From NCBI GenBank assembly GCA_963677895.2, contig CAXXGJ010000002.1, positions 256,001-320,000 on the forward strand: a DNA stretch of 64,000 nucleotides. The letters run 5' to 3'. Position numbers and translations under genes: made by a program. The number at the start of each line of letters is the position of its first letter. Within the stretch, counting starts at the first letter, position 1. This DNA is from Treponemataceae bacterium. Its GTDB lineage: Bacteria; Spirochaetota; Spirochaetia; Treponematales; Rectinemataceae. Under the pieces are notes generated by a model. It saw only the letters and a program-made list of their open reading frames with translations. It was not told the origin of the DNA and searched no databases. Shown piece after piece: positions 38,061 through 47,318 of this stretch.

Positions 38061-39014
38061 ATGGCGAAAGCGATCGGCCATGTATCCAGGAGCAAGAACT
38101 TGACGAGAAAAGACGCGCGCAAAGGTTTATGGATAGCGTTTTTCGTAACGCCAGGGCTGACGATAGTCGCGGTAGTCATCCTCCTGCCGCTTTTCATGTC
38201 GCTCTTCAACAGCCTTTTCAGCTGGACACAGCTTCTTCGGAGCGACTTCGTGGGATTCGAGAATTTCAGGAGGGTGTTCTTCACCGAACCCTATAAAACG
38301 AGATTTTTCAACGCGCTGGGCAACAACGCGAAATGGTTCGTCTTCACGATGCTGATCCAGAACAGCCTGGGCCTCCTCTTCGGCTATCTGCTTTCGCGGA
38401 AAGTGCCGGGCCATGAGTTTTTCAAGCGCGTGATTTTCATACCGGTCCTGTTCTCCATCGTCGCCGTAGGCTTCCTGTGGAGCCTCTACCTGCGACCCAA
38501 CGGCCTGCTCAATGGCGTGCTGAAGCTCGCCGGCCGACCCGATCTCATGCGGGCATGGCTGGGCGAAGAGGCCATAGCCACATTTACGATTATTTTAGTC
38601 AACATCTGGCGCTGGGTAGGCTTTCCAAGCCTGGTATTCCTCGCCGCCATCGACAATGTGCCCACCGACTGCCTGGAAGCGGCATACCTCGACGGAGCCA
38701 AAGAATCCACCGTTTTCAGGAGGATCGTGCTGCCCCTCATCATCCCGTCCATCACGGTCATCACGGTGCTCACCATCATCGGAAGCCTCAATGTCTTCGA
38801 GCAGATCTACACGATGGCCGGTCTCGACGGCTCGCCCAACTTCTCCACGGATACGATAGGAACGCTTTTCTACAGGACAGCCTTCGGATCGGTGGATTCG
38901 GGCAGTCCCGAAATCGGCATAGGATCGGCGATAGGCGTCATCATCTATGGCCTCACCTTTTTCGCGTCGGTGTTCTCCATTTCGGCGCTCTCGAAAAAGG
39001 AGGTGGAGCTGTGA
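38061..39014 (+). CDS. Carbohydrate ABC transporter permease
   Basis: FVGFENF, EAAYLDGA (EAA motif). Confidence 0.9.
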   Translation: MAKAIGHVSRSKNLTRKDARKGLWIAFFVTPGLTIVAVVILLPLFMSLFNSLFSWTQLLRSDFVGFENFRRVFFTEPYKTRFFNALGNNAKWFVFTMLIQNSLGLLFGYLLSRKVPGHEFFKRVIFIPVLFSIVAVGFLWSLYLRPNGLLNGVLKLAGRPDLMRAWLGEEAIATFTIILVNIWRWVGFPSLVFLAAIDNVPTDCLEAAYLDGAKESTVFRRIVLPLIIPSITVITVLTIIGSLNVFEQIYTMAGLDGSPNFSTDTIGTLFYRTAFGSVDSGSPEIGIGSAIGVIIYGLTFFASVFSISALSKKEVEL

Positions 39015-39865
39015 CCACAGATTTCCGCTTCCGCGGCGCCGGAACAGGAAGGAAGATCGCCATCGCGGCGATAGAAGTCGTCCTCGCTTTTTATGCCCTC
39101 CTCATCTTCTACCCCCTCGTCAACATGGTGCTTTCGTCGTTCAAAAGCACGAGGGAAATACTGCGTACGCCCTTCGCCCTGCCGAGCACATGGGATTTTT
39201 CCAACTATGTGACAGTATGGGTCAAGAAAGGATTTGGGCGCTACTTCTTCAACAGTCTCTGGATAACCACAGTATCGATGGTCTTCGTGCTGATCTTCGG
39301 CTCGATGGCGGCATTCGGCCTGTCCCGCTACAAATACAAATTATCCACCCTCGTCTACATGCTCTTCCTTTCGGGCATCATGCTGCCGCTCAAGGCAGCG
39401 ATCATCCCGCTTTTCATACTCATGAAAAAAATGAACCTCGTGGACAAGCCCCTCTCGGTGATCCTCATCTTCATCGGCATGGGGCTGCCTTCGACGGTTT
39501 TTATACTTTCCGGATTCATGAAGGCCATACCGATCGATCTCGAATACGCCGCCCGCATAGATGGCTGCTCGGACTGGGCCATCTATCGCAGGATCGTGAT
39601 GCCGGTCGTGGCGCCCGCCATCACCCTCGTCACGATCTACAACGCCGTCCCCATCTGGAACGACTTTTTCTTCCCTCTCGTCTTCCTGCAGAACAACAAA
39701 TGGAAGACGCTTCCCGTGGGGCTGACGAGCTTTTTCGGCCAATACAGCACGGACTGGAGCCTCTGCTTCACCGGACTGTCCATAGCCGTCGTCCCCGTCC
39801 TCATTCTCTATCTTTTCATGGCGAAATATTTTATCCGCGGCATGACGGCTGGCGCCGTGAAATGA
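39011..39865 (+). CDS. Carbohydrate ABC transporter permease
   Basis: SSFKS, YAARIDGC, WNDFFFP, GMTAGAVK. GTG start overlaps the upstream stop. Confidence 0.9.
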   Translation: MTTDFRFRGAGTGRKIAIAAIEVVLAFYALLIFYPLVNMVLSSFKSTREILRTPFALPSTWDFSNYVTVWVKKGFGRYFFNSLWITTVSMVFVLIFGSMAAFGLSRYKYKLSTLVYMLFLSGIMLPLKAAIIPLFILMKKMNLVDKPLSVILIFIGMGLPSTVFILSGFMKAIPIDLEYAARIDGCSDWAIYRRIVMPVVAPAITLVTIYNAVPIWNDFFFPLVFLQNNKWKTLPVGLTSFFGQYSTDWSLCFTGLSIAVVPVLILYLFMAKYFIRGMTAGAVK

Positions 39866-39890
39866 AACCGCGCGGAGCACGGAGCTTTAC

Positions 39891-41108
39891 ATGACCAAAG
39901 GCGAACTGACGGCGTTCAGAAAATTATATGAAAAAGAACTCTTTGAAAGCGTGGTCCCTTTCTGGGAGCGCCACAGCCCGGACCGCGAGGCCGGGGGATA
40001 CTTCAGCTGCATGGATCGCGACGGGACGGTTTTCGACAAAGACAAATTCATGTGGATGCAGGGCCGCGAAGTCTGGGGATTTTCCCACCTCTACAGGACG
40101 GTGAGACAGGAACCCCGCTGGCTTGACATGGCGAGGCTGGGCGCCGATTTCCTCCGCGAGAAGGGAAGGGCGCCGAACGGCGACTTCTGGTTCGCGGTCG
40201 ACCGCGAAGGGAAACCCCTCGTGCAGCCCTACAATATCTATTCGGACTGTTTCTGCGCGGCGGGTTTGGCTGAATACGGCCGCGCGTCGGGCGAAACCTG
40301 GGCGACGCGGATGGCGGTCTCCACCTGGAACCGCATACAGGAGCGCAAGGCCAACCCCAAGGGGCAATGGAACAAGCAGATCGGCGCGAACCGCCCGATT
40401 CTCGCCATGTCCTTCCCGATGATGCAGGTGTGGATGGCGGGCGTTATGGAAGGCCTCGTGCCCCAGTCCGAACTGGACGCGATCGTGGACGCCGCGATAC
40501 GGCAGGTGCTGACGCTTCACCTGGATCGCGAGCGCAAGGCTCTCTTCGAGAGAGTATTCGCCGACGGTACCCGCCCCGACTGCATGGAAGGCCGGCTGCT
40601 GACGCCCGGCCACGCGCTCGAAACCCTGTGGTTCATCATGAGCGTGGCGGAGAAGCGGGGCGATGTCGCCATGATCGAGACGGCGCGGGACGCCATGCTC
40701 TGGACTGTCGAACGCGGCTGGGACCAAACCTATGGCGGCATCTACTACTATCAGGATTTCGAGGGCTTCCCCACCGATAAAATCGAGGCGGGCATGAAGC
40801 TGTGGTGGGTCCACGCCGAGGCGCTCTGCGCCTTTCTCCTTGCATACAAGCTGACGGGCGATCCGGCCTGCGAAGCCTGGTTCAGGAAGATACATGACTG
40901 GACATGGAAGAGATTCCCCGATCCCGAACATGGGGAGTGGTATGGCTATCTGGACAGGAGGGGCGAGGTGGCGCTCACGCTCAAGGGCGGAAAGTGGAAG
41001 GGCTTTTTCCACATACCCCGCGACCTTCTCGCCTGCATCGGATGGCTGAAGGAGATGGAAGCGTCCAGCGGGGACGAAGAGCGGAAAGACGGGCGAAGCG
41101 ATGGATGA
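39891..41108 (+). CDS. N-acylglucosamine 2-epimerase (AGE family)
   Basis: VPFWE.HSPD, DKFMWMQGR, PGHALE, KLWWVHAE, KGGKWKGFFHIPR. Confidence 0.9.
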   Translation: MTKGELTAFRKLYEKELFESVVPFWERHSPDREAGGYFSCMDRDGTVFDKDKFMWMQGREVWGFSHLYRTVRQEPRWLDMARLGADFLREKGRAPNGDFWFAVDREGKPLVQPYNIYSDCFCAAGLAEYGRASGETWATRMAVSTWNRIQERKANPKGQWNKQIGANRPILAMSFPMMQVWMAGVMEGLVPQSELDAIVDAAIRQVLTLHLDRERKALFERVFADGTRPDCMEGRLLTPGHALETLWFIMSVAEKRGDVAMIETARDAMLWTVERGWDQTYGGIYYYQDFEGFPTDKIEAGMKLWWVHAEALCAFLLAYKLTGDPACEAWFRKIHDWTWKRFPDPEHGEWYGYLDRRGEVALTLKGGKWKGFFHIPRDLLACIGWLKEMEASSGDEERKDGRSDG

Positions 41109-41979
41109 AATAGGCAATCTCGACGGCGCCCTGACGGCCATTCGCGTCCGCCTGGCCAGCCTTTCGGAGGCCGAGCGCAAGGTGGCCGATTATGTCTTCA
41201 GGGAGCCGAAGAAGACGCTGTACTACAACGTGGGCGAACTGGCCAGGCAGAGCGGCGTCAGCCAAGCGGCGGTCATCAGGTTCTGCAAAAGGACGGGCCT
41301 CGGAAGCTACAATGACTTCAAGATGCGACTCGCCCAGGACGTCTTCAGCGATTTCGACGAACGATTCATCCCCGACCTCGACCTGGAGTCCATGACGCCA
41401 CCCGAGCAGGTCATCCGGAGCGTGATCGCTTTTTCCCAGCAGGGACTTTCCCAGCTGAGCGCGCTTTTGGATCCGAAAGTGATGGAAGCGGCCTCCAACG
41501 CCATCATCGGGGCTTCCTCCACGGCCCTCTTCGGCGTCGGGGCTTCCGGCATCGTCGCCAACGATTTCCTCCAGAAGCTCCTGCGCATCGGTCTCCATTC
41601 CTTCTTTACGGCAGACATGGACCTGCAGGTGACGGCAGCCGCCTCGCTCAAGCCGAGCGACGTCGCTTTCGTGATATCCTATTCGGGGGAAAACGCGGGA
41701 ATGCTGGAAGCGGCGAAACAGGCAAAGCTGCGCGGAGCGAAGGTCATCAGCCTTACGATGGACAGCGCGAACAGCATACGCGCCGTAGCGGACATTAAGT
41801 TGCTTGTGCCGGCCTCGGAACGGATTTACAGGCAAGCCGCCGTCACGTCGCGCATCAACCAGCTGACGGTCGTCGATATCCTCTATTCCATCATCGTCTC
41901 GAAAAATCTCGACATGTCGATCGCGGCCCTGGAGCGCACGATGGCCGCGACCCACCAGAGGAAAGGAAAAGTCCCATGA
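41101..41979 (+). CDS. MurR/RpiR-family transcriptional regulator (HTH + SIS)
   Basis: LSEAERKVADY, SQAAVIRFCK, FGVGAS, ISYSG. Confidence 0.92.
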   Translation: MDEIGNLDGALTAIRVRLASLSEAERKVADYVFREPKKTLYYNVGELARQSGVSQAAVIRFCKRTGLGSYNDFKMRLAQDVFSDFDERFIPDLDLESMTPPEQVIRSVIAFSQQGLSQLSALLDPKVMEAASNAIIGASSTALFGVGASGIVANDFLQKLLRIGLHSFFTADMDLQVTAAASLKPSDVAFVISYSGENAGMLEAAKQAKLRGAKVISLTMDSANSIRAVADIKLLVPASERIYRQAAVTSRINQLTVVDILYSIIVSKNLDMSIAALERTMAATHQRKGKVP

Positions 41980-42911
41980 GCATAGTATTGGGGGTGGACG
42001 GCGGCGGGACGAACACGCGCCTGCGCCTCGCGGACGAAAACAACAAACCGCTGTGGGAAGGCAAGGGCGAAGGCATCAATCCGAACGCGGTCCCGAAGCC
42101 CTTGATCGTCGAGAGGCTCGGGAGGCTTTTCGCCGAAGCCTTCGGCGCCACCGGCATTGCCGCGGGGGATCTGAGCGCGGGCTGTTTCGGCGTCGCGGGA
42201 ATGGATCGGCCTTTGGAGCGTCTCGAGATGGAGTCTCTGATCAGGGAAGAATTTGGGATTGGCTGTCCCCTCGCGATGCTTTCGGACCCGGACATCGCCC
42301 TCGTAGGCGGCTTGAAACGCCTGGAGGGATACCTTCTCATAGCCGGCACAGGATCGATCGCCATCGTGCGCCTGGCCGACGGCACTCGATTCCGCGCCGG
42401 TGGCCTCGGCCATTACCTCAGCGACGAGGGATCGGCTTTCTTCATCGGCTTTCAGGCCATCCGCCGCGCCCTGCGCTCGGCCGAAGGCCGCGACCTTCCG
42501 ACGGCCATGCTAGAGCCGCTCCTGGAAAAGTTCGGCCTCGAGAAGGGCGGCGATTTCGTGCGATTCGTCTACAAGGGCTTTGACAAGGCGCGGATCGCCG
42601 GCGCGGCCGACCTCGTGGAACTCCACCGCGCCGCCGGCGATCCGCTGGCCATAGCCATCATGGAGGAATCCCGCGACGAACTTGTGCGCCTCGTCGCCTC
42701 CGTCCGCGATCGCGCCCAGGACCGCATCGCCGATCCATCCATACTGCTGTCGGGGGGGCTCCTCGAACACAACCCCTGGCTTCGCGGCTCCATCCTCGAG
42801 AGGCTGAAGACCGAGTGCCCCGGCCTGAAACCGGTCGAGCCCGCCGAAAGCGCCTCGTTCGGCGCCTGCATGCTGGCCATCAACCTCCTGAACCGGAGCG
42901 GGGATCGATAA
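41976..42911 (+). CDS. N-acetylglucosamine kinase-like protein (BadF/BadG/BcrA/BcrD family)
   Basis: GVDGGGTNT, IAGTGS, RAGG.G..LSDEGSA. Confidence 0.88.
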   Translation: MSIVLGVDGGGTNTRLRLADENNKPLWEGKGEGINPNAVPKPLIVERLGRLFAEAFGATGIAAGDLSAGCFGVAGMDRPLERLEMESLIREEFGIGCPLAMLSDPDIALVGGLKRLEGYLLIAGTGSIAIVRLADGTRFRAGGLGHYLSDEGSAFFIGFQAIRRALRSAEGRDLPTAMLEPLLEKFGLEKGGDFVRFVYKGFDKARIAGAADLVELHRAAGDPLAIAIMEESRDELVRLVASVRDRAQDRIADPSILLSGGLLEHNPWLRGSILERLKTECPGLKPVEPAESASFGACMLAINLLNRSGDR

Positions 42912-43090
42912 CACCGCCCTCCCTCGCCGGTGCTATGTGTGTTTCCGCACAGATCATAACGAGCTCATGGCTTATCTTTGTTCCAGAAAGCTGGGATAAA
43001 TACGTCTCAACCAGCCGACTCACCCGTCGCTCGACGGAGGGAGTGTTGGTCCCATAGGACTGCGCCTCCTCGGTCAAAGGGAACCGCAGC

Positions 43091-44035
43091 ATGGAGTACA
43101 AAGATTATTACAAGATCCTTGGCGTTGAGAAAACCGCGGGAAAGGATGAACTGAAGAAACAGTACAGGAAGCTGGCGCATAAGTATCATCCCGACGTCAA
43201 CACCGCCGACAAGGACACGGGGGCCAGGTTCGGCGAAATAAGCGAAGCGTACAATGTACTGGCGGACGATGAAAAACGCCAGAAATACGACATTCTCGGC
43301 AGCGATTGGGAACAGCACCAGAACACCGATCGGCCAAGCGGTTTCGACTGGTCGAAGTATGCTTCGCCGGGAAACGGGGAAACACGGGGCCGCACGATGA
43401 ACTGGGAAGACGTCTTCGGAAGCGGGGCTGGAAGATCGGATTTTTTCAGGACAGTATTTGGGCAGGAATTCGGGGACACCGAAAGCTCAGGCTTTGCCCG
43501 GAAGGGACAGGACTTGAACGCCGAACTCACCCTGAACCTGAAGGAAGCCTACGAAGGCGGCACCAGGATCCTGTCGACGGGCGCAGGCAAGCTCCGCATC
43601 AAACTGCTGCCGGGGATATGGGATCGCCAGAAGATAAAAATCGAAGGGAAAGGATTGTCGGGGTATAACGGAGCCGCGAATGGGGATCTTTTCATCACGT
43701 TCCTTCTCCAGCCAGACCCAGAATACAGACTCGAGGGCGTGAACCTTTTCAGGGACATACCATTGAGCATTTATGTCGCCGCGCTCGGCGGCGATCTCGT
43801 CGTTCCGACTATTTCCGGAAATTTCGAGCTCAAGATACCTCCGGAGACGAATAACGGTACGGTCTTCAGGCTGAAGGGGCGAGGCTTCCCCGTCTATGGC
43901 AAGCCGGGGCAGTCTGGAGACCTTTTTCTGAAAATGGCGCTGAAGCTGCCCGGGAAGTTGACCGAGCGCGAAAAGGTTCTCTTCCGCGAACTGGCGGCCG
44001 CCAGGCAAGAAAATGTCGAGGGGGAAAAGCAATGA
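43091..44035 (+). CDS. cbpA: DnaJ-class chaperone, CbpA-like (no zinc finger)
   Basis: YKDYYKILGV, HPD motif, DnaJ C-terminal domains, followed by cbpM. Confidence 0.88.
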   Translation: MEYKDYYKILGVEKTAGKDELKKQYRKLAHKYHPDVNTADKDTGARFGEISEAYNVLADDEKRQKYDILGSDWEQHQNTDRPSGFDWSKYASPGNGETRGRTMNWEDVFGSGAGRSDFFRTVFGQEFGDTESSGFARKGQDLNAELTLNLKEAYEGGTRILSTGAGKLRIKLLPGIWDRQKIKIEGKGLSGYNGAANGDLFITFLLQPDPEYRLEGVNLFRDIPLSIYVAALGGDLVVPTISGNFELKIPPETNNGTVFRLKGRGFPVYGKPGQSGDLFLKMALKLPGKLTEREKVLFRELAAARQENVEGEKQ

Positions 44036-44391
44036 ACGTTCGAAACGCGATCCCGCTGGATCAAGTATGCCGCTATTTCAATATTGAGGTCGAAGTCGTG
44101 CGCGATTTCGCCGAATTTGGCCTCTTTCCGACTATTCGCGACGATGGAGAGACGGGTATCGAACCGCATCAGCTGGAGAAGGTTGCCAGGATAATCTCCC
44201 TGTATCAGGCGCTTGGAATCAACAAGGAAGGCATAGAAGTCATTTCCGCGCTGCGGGATCGAATCCATGGGCTGGAGGATGAGATCGAGCGCCTGCGCTT
44301 CGAGGTGGAGAAACTGGAAGGTCATCTGCGAGGCGAGGCTCCCGAAGCGCTCAGCCGCCTTGGCCTGCTTATAGATATCCAATATCGCTAA
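44032..44391 (+). CDS. cbpM: Chaperone modulator CbpM (MerR-like)
   Basis: LGINKEGIEVI plus a coiled coil. ATGA overlap with cbpA. Confidence 0.8.
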   Translation: MNVRNAIPLDQVCRYFNIEVEVVRDFAEFGLFPTIRDDGETGIEPHQLEKVARIISLYQALGINKEGIEVISALRDRIHGLEDEIERLRFEVEKLEGHLRGEAPEALSRLGLLIDIQYR

Positions 44392-44454
44392 TGCGTTCCA
44401 GTACGGATCGCCGAAAGTCAGGCTGGGCACCAAGCCCCCAACCTGCGGGGCAAT

Positions 44455-44490
44455 AAAAAAGCCGCCCGGGCTTGAGGCCCGGGCGGCTTT
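44455..44490 (-). terminator. Intrinsic terminator of hsp20, possibly bidirectional
   Basis: aaagccgcccgggc / gcccgggcggcttt stem with a U tract on the minus strand. Confidence 0.85.
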
Positions 44491-44589
44491 CCACAGCCTT
44501 CATCAAGAAAATCGCGCCTGCGTTGCCGCGCGACGGCACTATCGTGCCGACGGCGCTGGAGCGCCGCAGCGCGCGGACGCCGCCGCCGC

Positions 44590-45171
44590 TTATTCGCCTT
44601 CCCTCACGATCTCGATCTTGATGCCTTCGTTGGATTCGGCTTCTTCTCTGGGGGGAACGGTCACTTTCAGGATACCGTTCCTGAAAACGGCCTTCACCTT
44701 TTCCTGATCGAACTTGTCGGCGGGAACGTAGTACTTCTGCTTCTCGATATCCTTGAGCTTGAGCCTGCGCTTGAAATAGCGGATGCCCTCGAGGGGCGGC
44801 TCCATCTCGATCTTGGCGGAAAACACCATGTAGTCGCCCTGGAATGAAAGGCTGATGTTTTTCTCCTCGAAGCCGGCCACCGCGAACTCGAACACGATGC
44901 TGCGTTCCGTGGTGAGATAAATGTTCATCGGCGGATAGGAAAAATTGGGATAATAATCGGCGTTCTCGTCGGACTGGGCGTCGAACCAAGCCCCTCCCGT
45001 CGCGCCGCCGCCATGGGCTTCGCCGCCGGCGCCAAAGCCACCCATAGGGTTGGGGCCGCAGCCGTCGAATCCGGGCGCGAAATCTTTCATTTTCTCGCCG
45101 AAATCCTTGGCCGCCTCGAACACATCGTCCAAAATGGAGCCGATGTCCACATAAGTTTTGTTGCTTTTCAT
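44590..45171 (-). CDS. Hsp20/alpha-crystallin small heat shock protein
   Basis: YPPMNIY, FAVAGF, VKAVFRNGILKVTVP, IEI tail, SD aaggagg. Confidence 0.9.
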   Translation of the reverse strand: MKSNKTYVDIGSILDDVFEAAKDFGEKMKDFAPGFDGCGPNPMGGFGAGGEAHGGGATGGAWFDAQSDENADYYPNFSYPPMNIYLTTERSIVFEFAVAGFEEKNISLSFQGDYMVFSAKIEMEPPLEGIRYFKRRLKLKDIEKQKYYVPADKFDQEKVKAVFRNGILKVTVPPREEAESNEGIKIEIVREGE

Positions 45172-45297
45172 CGTTTCCCTCCTTAAAGGAAACCGGAATG
45201 CCATTCCTATGGCTCATCCCGTTTTTATTCGCCGGTGGCCGAAGCCCCTCGCGGCTTGGGCTGTTTCCCTTTGGGGCGGAACAGCCTCATCGAATGT

Positions 45298-45326
45298 AAA
45301 ATACCATTATTATCATCAAAAAGCAA
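45298..45326 (-). promoter_or_regulatory. Putative promoter of hsp20
   Basis: TTGCTT-N17-TATTTT with an extended -10 TG on the minus strand. Confidence 0.45.
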
Positions 45327-45361
45327 TAAAAAGCCGGCCGCCCTGGTTAAGGGCGGCCGGC
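45325..45361 (-). terminator. Intrinsic terminator of cpdB
   Basis: gccggccgccct / agggcggccggc stem followed by tttttatt on the minus strand. Confidence 0.85.
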
Positions 45362-45391
45362 CGGATCACAAAGCTGGATCGAATCGGTACA

Positions 45392-47239
45392 TTACTTTTT
45401 CGGATAGAGCAGCGGATAGTCGTTCGCTATGCCTACCGCCACAAGCTCCTCGGGGATCACCGACCAGTTGCCGATGGGGGCCACCGTCACGGTTTCGGTC
45501 TGGCTCTCGAACCACTTGAGAAGGAAGAAGCGCAGGTCCTTCGTGGTGGCGCCGTTGACCAGCTTCATCGTCCTGATGGTCGTCGCGTCGATGCCAGCGC
45601 CCTTCTCGAGATGGCCGCCGCCGCCCGAACCGCGGTAGGAGTTGATGGCTACCGTGTAGGTCGCGTCGGGGTTGAAGGCTCTGCCGTCCGACATGGAGGT
45701 GATGTTGACCTTGCTGCCCACCGGCTGCGTCACGTCGACGAAGTAGTTGATGCCCGCGGCCGAGTCGTAGTTGTAGTAGCGGGTCTGCGTCTGGGCGGTG
45801 TTGTATCTGGCGTCGAACACCAGTTTTCCTTCCTTGTCCTTCTGGAAGGCGATGAGGTGGTTGCCGTCGTTCGGCATGGTGTCGAACCAGAATCTGTAGG
45901 AATATTCGAGGAAATCCTGGATCTGCTTGCCGGTCATCGTCATCGTGTAGAGGAAGTTTTCGTACACATAGAGGTTGAACATGTCGCGGACATAGAGGGT
46001 GCCGTCGGCGCTCGTCGGGATCTTCGCGTCCGCCGAGAGCGGGGCCACGAAGGAAATGTCCGCCGCGGCAAGCCCCATGGCGGGGTCCTTGGAGAGGTCG
46101 AGCTGGATTCTGTGGATGAGGTCGACGAAGGCGGAATCGCCGAACATGGATTCGCGGGTGGTGATGACGCCTTCCATCTTGCCGATGGGGCGGTCGACCC
46201 ATTGCTTGATCTCGTCATAGCCGGGCTGGAACTGGGCGTTGAAGTCGGGATCGGCCTTGTACTGGCCTACATCGACGAGACCGCCGCGGACGCGTTTTTC
46301 CCATTTCCCGGTCGCGTCGTTCCAGTCGAGCGTGAGGTTGACGATGGGGACTTTCCTGGCCGCGTTGAGGGCGCCGTAGATGTAGACGGTTTTGCCGTTG
46401 GGATCCTTCACTTCGATCTTTTTCTTGGTGGCGGGGTCCCATCCCATGCCGTCCCAGCCGGAATGGTCGTGGCCGACGAAGATCATGTCGAAGCCGGGAA
46501 CCTGCTCGGCGACGATCTGCGAAGCGTTCTCGTTGAATCGGGTGTCTTTCTTGACATTGCCGTAGCTGTAGTCGACGCCCGCGTGGAAAAGGCCGACGAT
46601 GACATCGGGTTTTTCCTTTTCTTGGATGATGGGAATCCACTTCTTGGCGCTTTCCACCATGTCCTCGAACTCCATGCCCGTCCAGAACTGAGGTGGCAGC
46701 CAGTCGGGGACTTTCGGCGAAATCATGCCGAGGACGGCGATCTTCACGCCGCTCTTTTCGATGATGGAGTAGGGGGTGAAGTAGGGGCTTCCGTCCGGCT
46801 TCACGGCGTTGGCGCAGAGCACCGATGCCTGTACTTCCTCATAGAGCTTGTCGTAGACATTGTGGCCGGCTTCGATGTCGTGGTTGCCGACGCCGATCGC
46901 GTCGAACTGGAGATAGTTGAGGGCCTGCGACCAGATATGGGGGCCGTTTGTCTTTTCAAAGTTGTAGTAGTAGACGGTGGGCTGGCCCTGGAGGGAGTCG
47001 CCGTTGTCGAGGAGGACGACGTTCGGATTGGCCGCTCTTTCCTCTTTGATGAGGCTGGCGACTTGGGCGAGCGAGGTCGCCATCGGCTTCGCGTTGACGA
47101 AATCGTAGGGGTAAATCGCCCCATGGATGTCCGATGTCTCGATAAACGTGAGCGTAACGCTCTTTTCCGCCGGTCCGCCCTGGGCGAAAACGGACAGCGA
47201 AAGCAGCGCGACGCATAGTACCAATGCGATGCGTTTCAT
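45392..47239 (-). CDS. cpdB: Bifunctional 2',3'-cyclic-nucleotide 2'-phosphodiesterase/nucleotidase (secreted)
   Basis: TSDIHG, DNGDSLQG, GNHD, GHDH, YVYENFL, YNYD, NSYRGSGGG. Confidence 0.88.
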   Translation of the reverse strand: MKRIALVLCVALLSLSVFAQGGPAEKSVTLTFIETSDIHGAIYPYDFVNAKPMATSLAQVASLIKEERAANPNVVLLDNGDSLQGQPTVYYYNFEKTNGPHIWSQALNYLQFDAIGVGNHDIEAGHNVYDKLYEEVQASVLCANAVKPDGSPYFTPYSIIEKSGVKIAVLGMISPKVPDWLPPQFWTGMEFEDMVESAKKWIPIIQEKEKPDVIVGLFHAGVDYSYGNVKKDTRFNENASQIVAEQVPGFDMIFVGHDHSGWDGMGWDPATKKKIEVKDPNGKTVYIYGALNAARKVPIVNLTLDWNDATGKWEKRVRGGLVDVGQYKADPDFNAQFQPGYDEIKQWVDRPIGKMEGVITTRESMFGDSAFVDLIHRIQLDLSKDPAMGLAAADISFVAPLSADAKIPTSADGTLYVRDMFNLYVYENFLYTMTMTGKQIQDFLEYSYRFWFDTMPNDGNHLIAFQKDKEGKLVFDARYNTAQTQTRYYNYDSAAGINYFVDVTQPVGSKVNITSMSDGRAFNPDATYTVAINSYRGSGGGGHLEKGAGIDATTIRTMKLVNGATTKDLRFFLLKWFESQTETVTVAPIGNWSVIPEELVAVGIANDYPLLYPKK

Positions 47240-47318
47240 GATACCTCCTATGGCGAATATAGTGCGATACGACGGAATATATCGTACCGCACTTCACCCA
47301 GGCGCGCAAGGCAAAAGC

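Noticed and set aside
45158..47218. 686-aa plus-strand ORF opposite cpdB
   Set aside because: Antisense shadow of a highly biased gene, with no domain signature.
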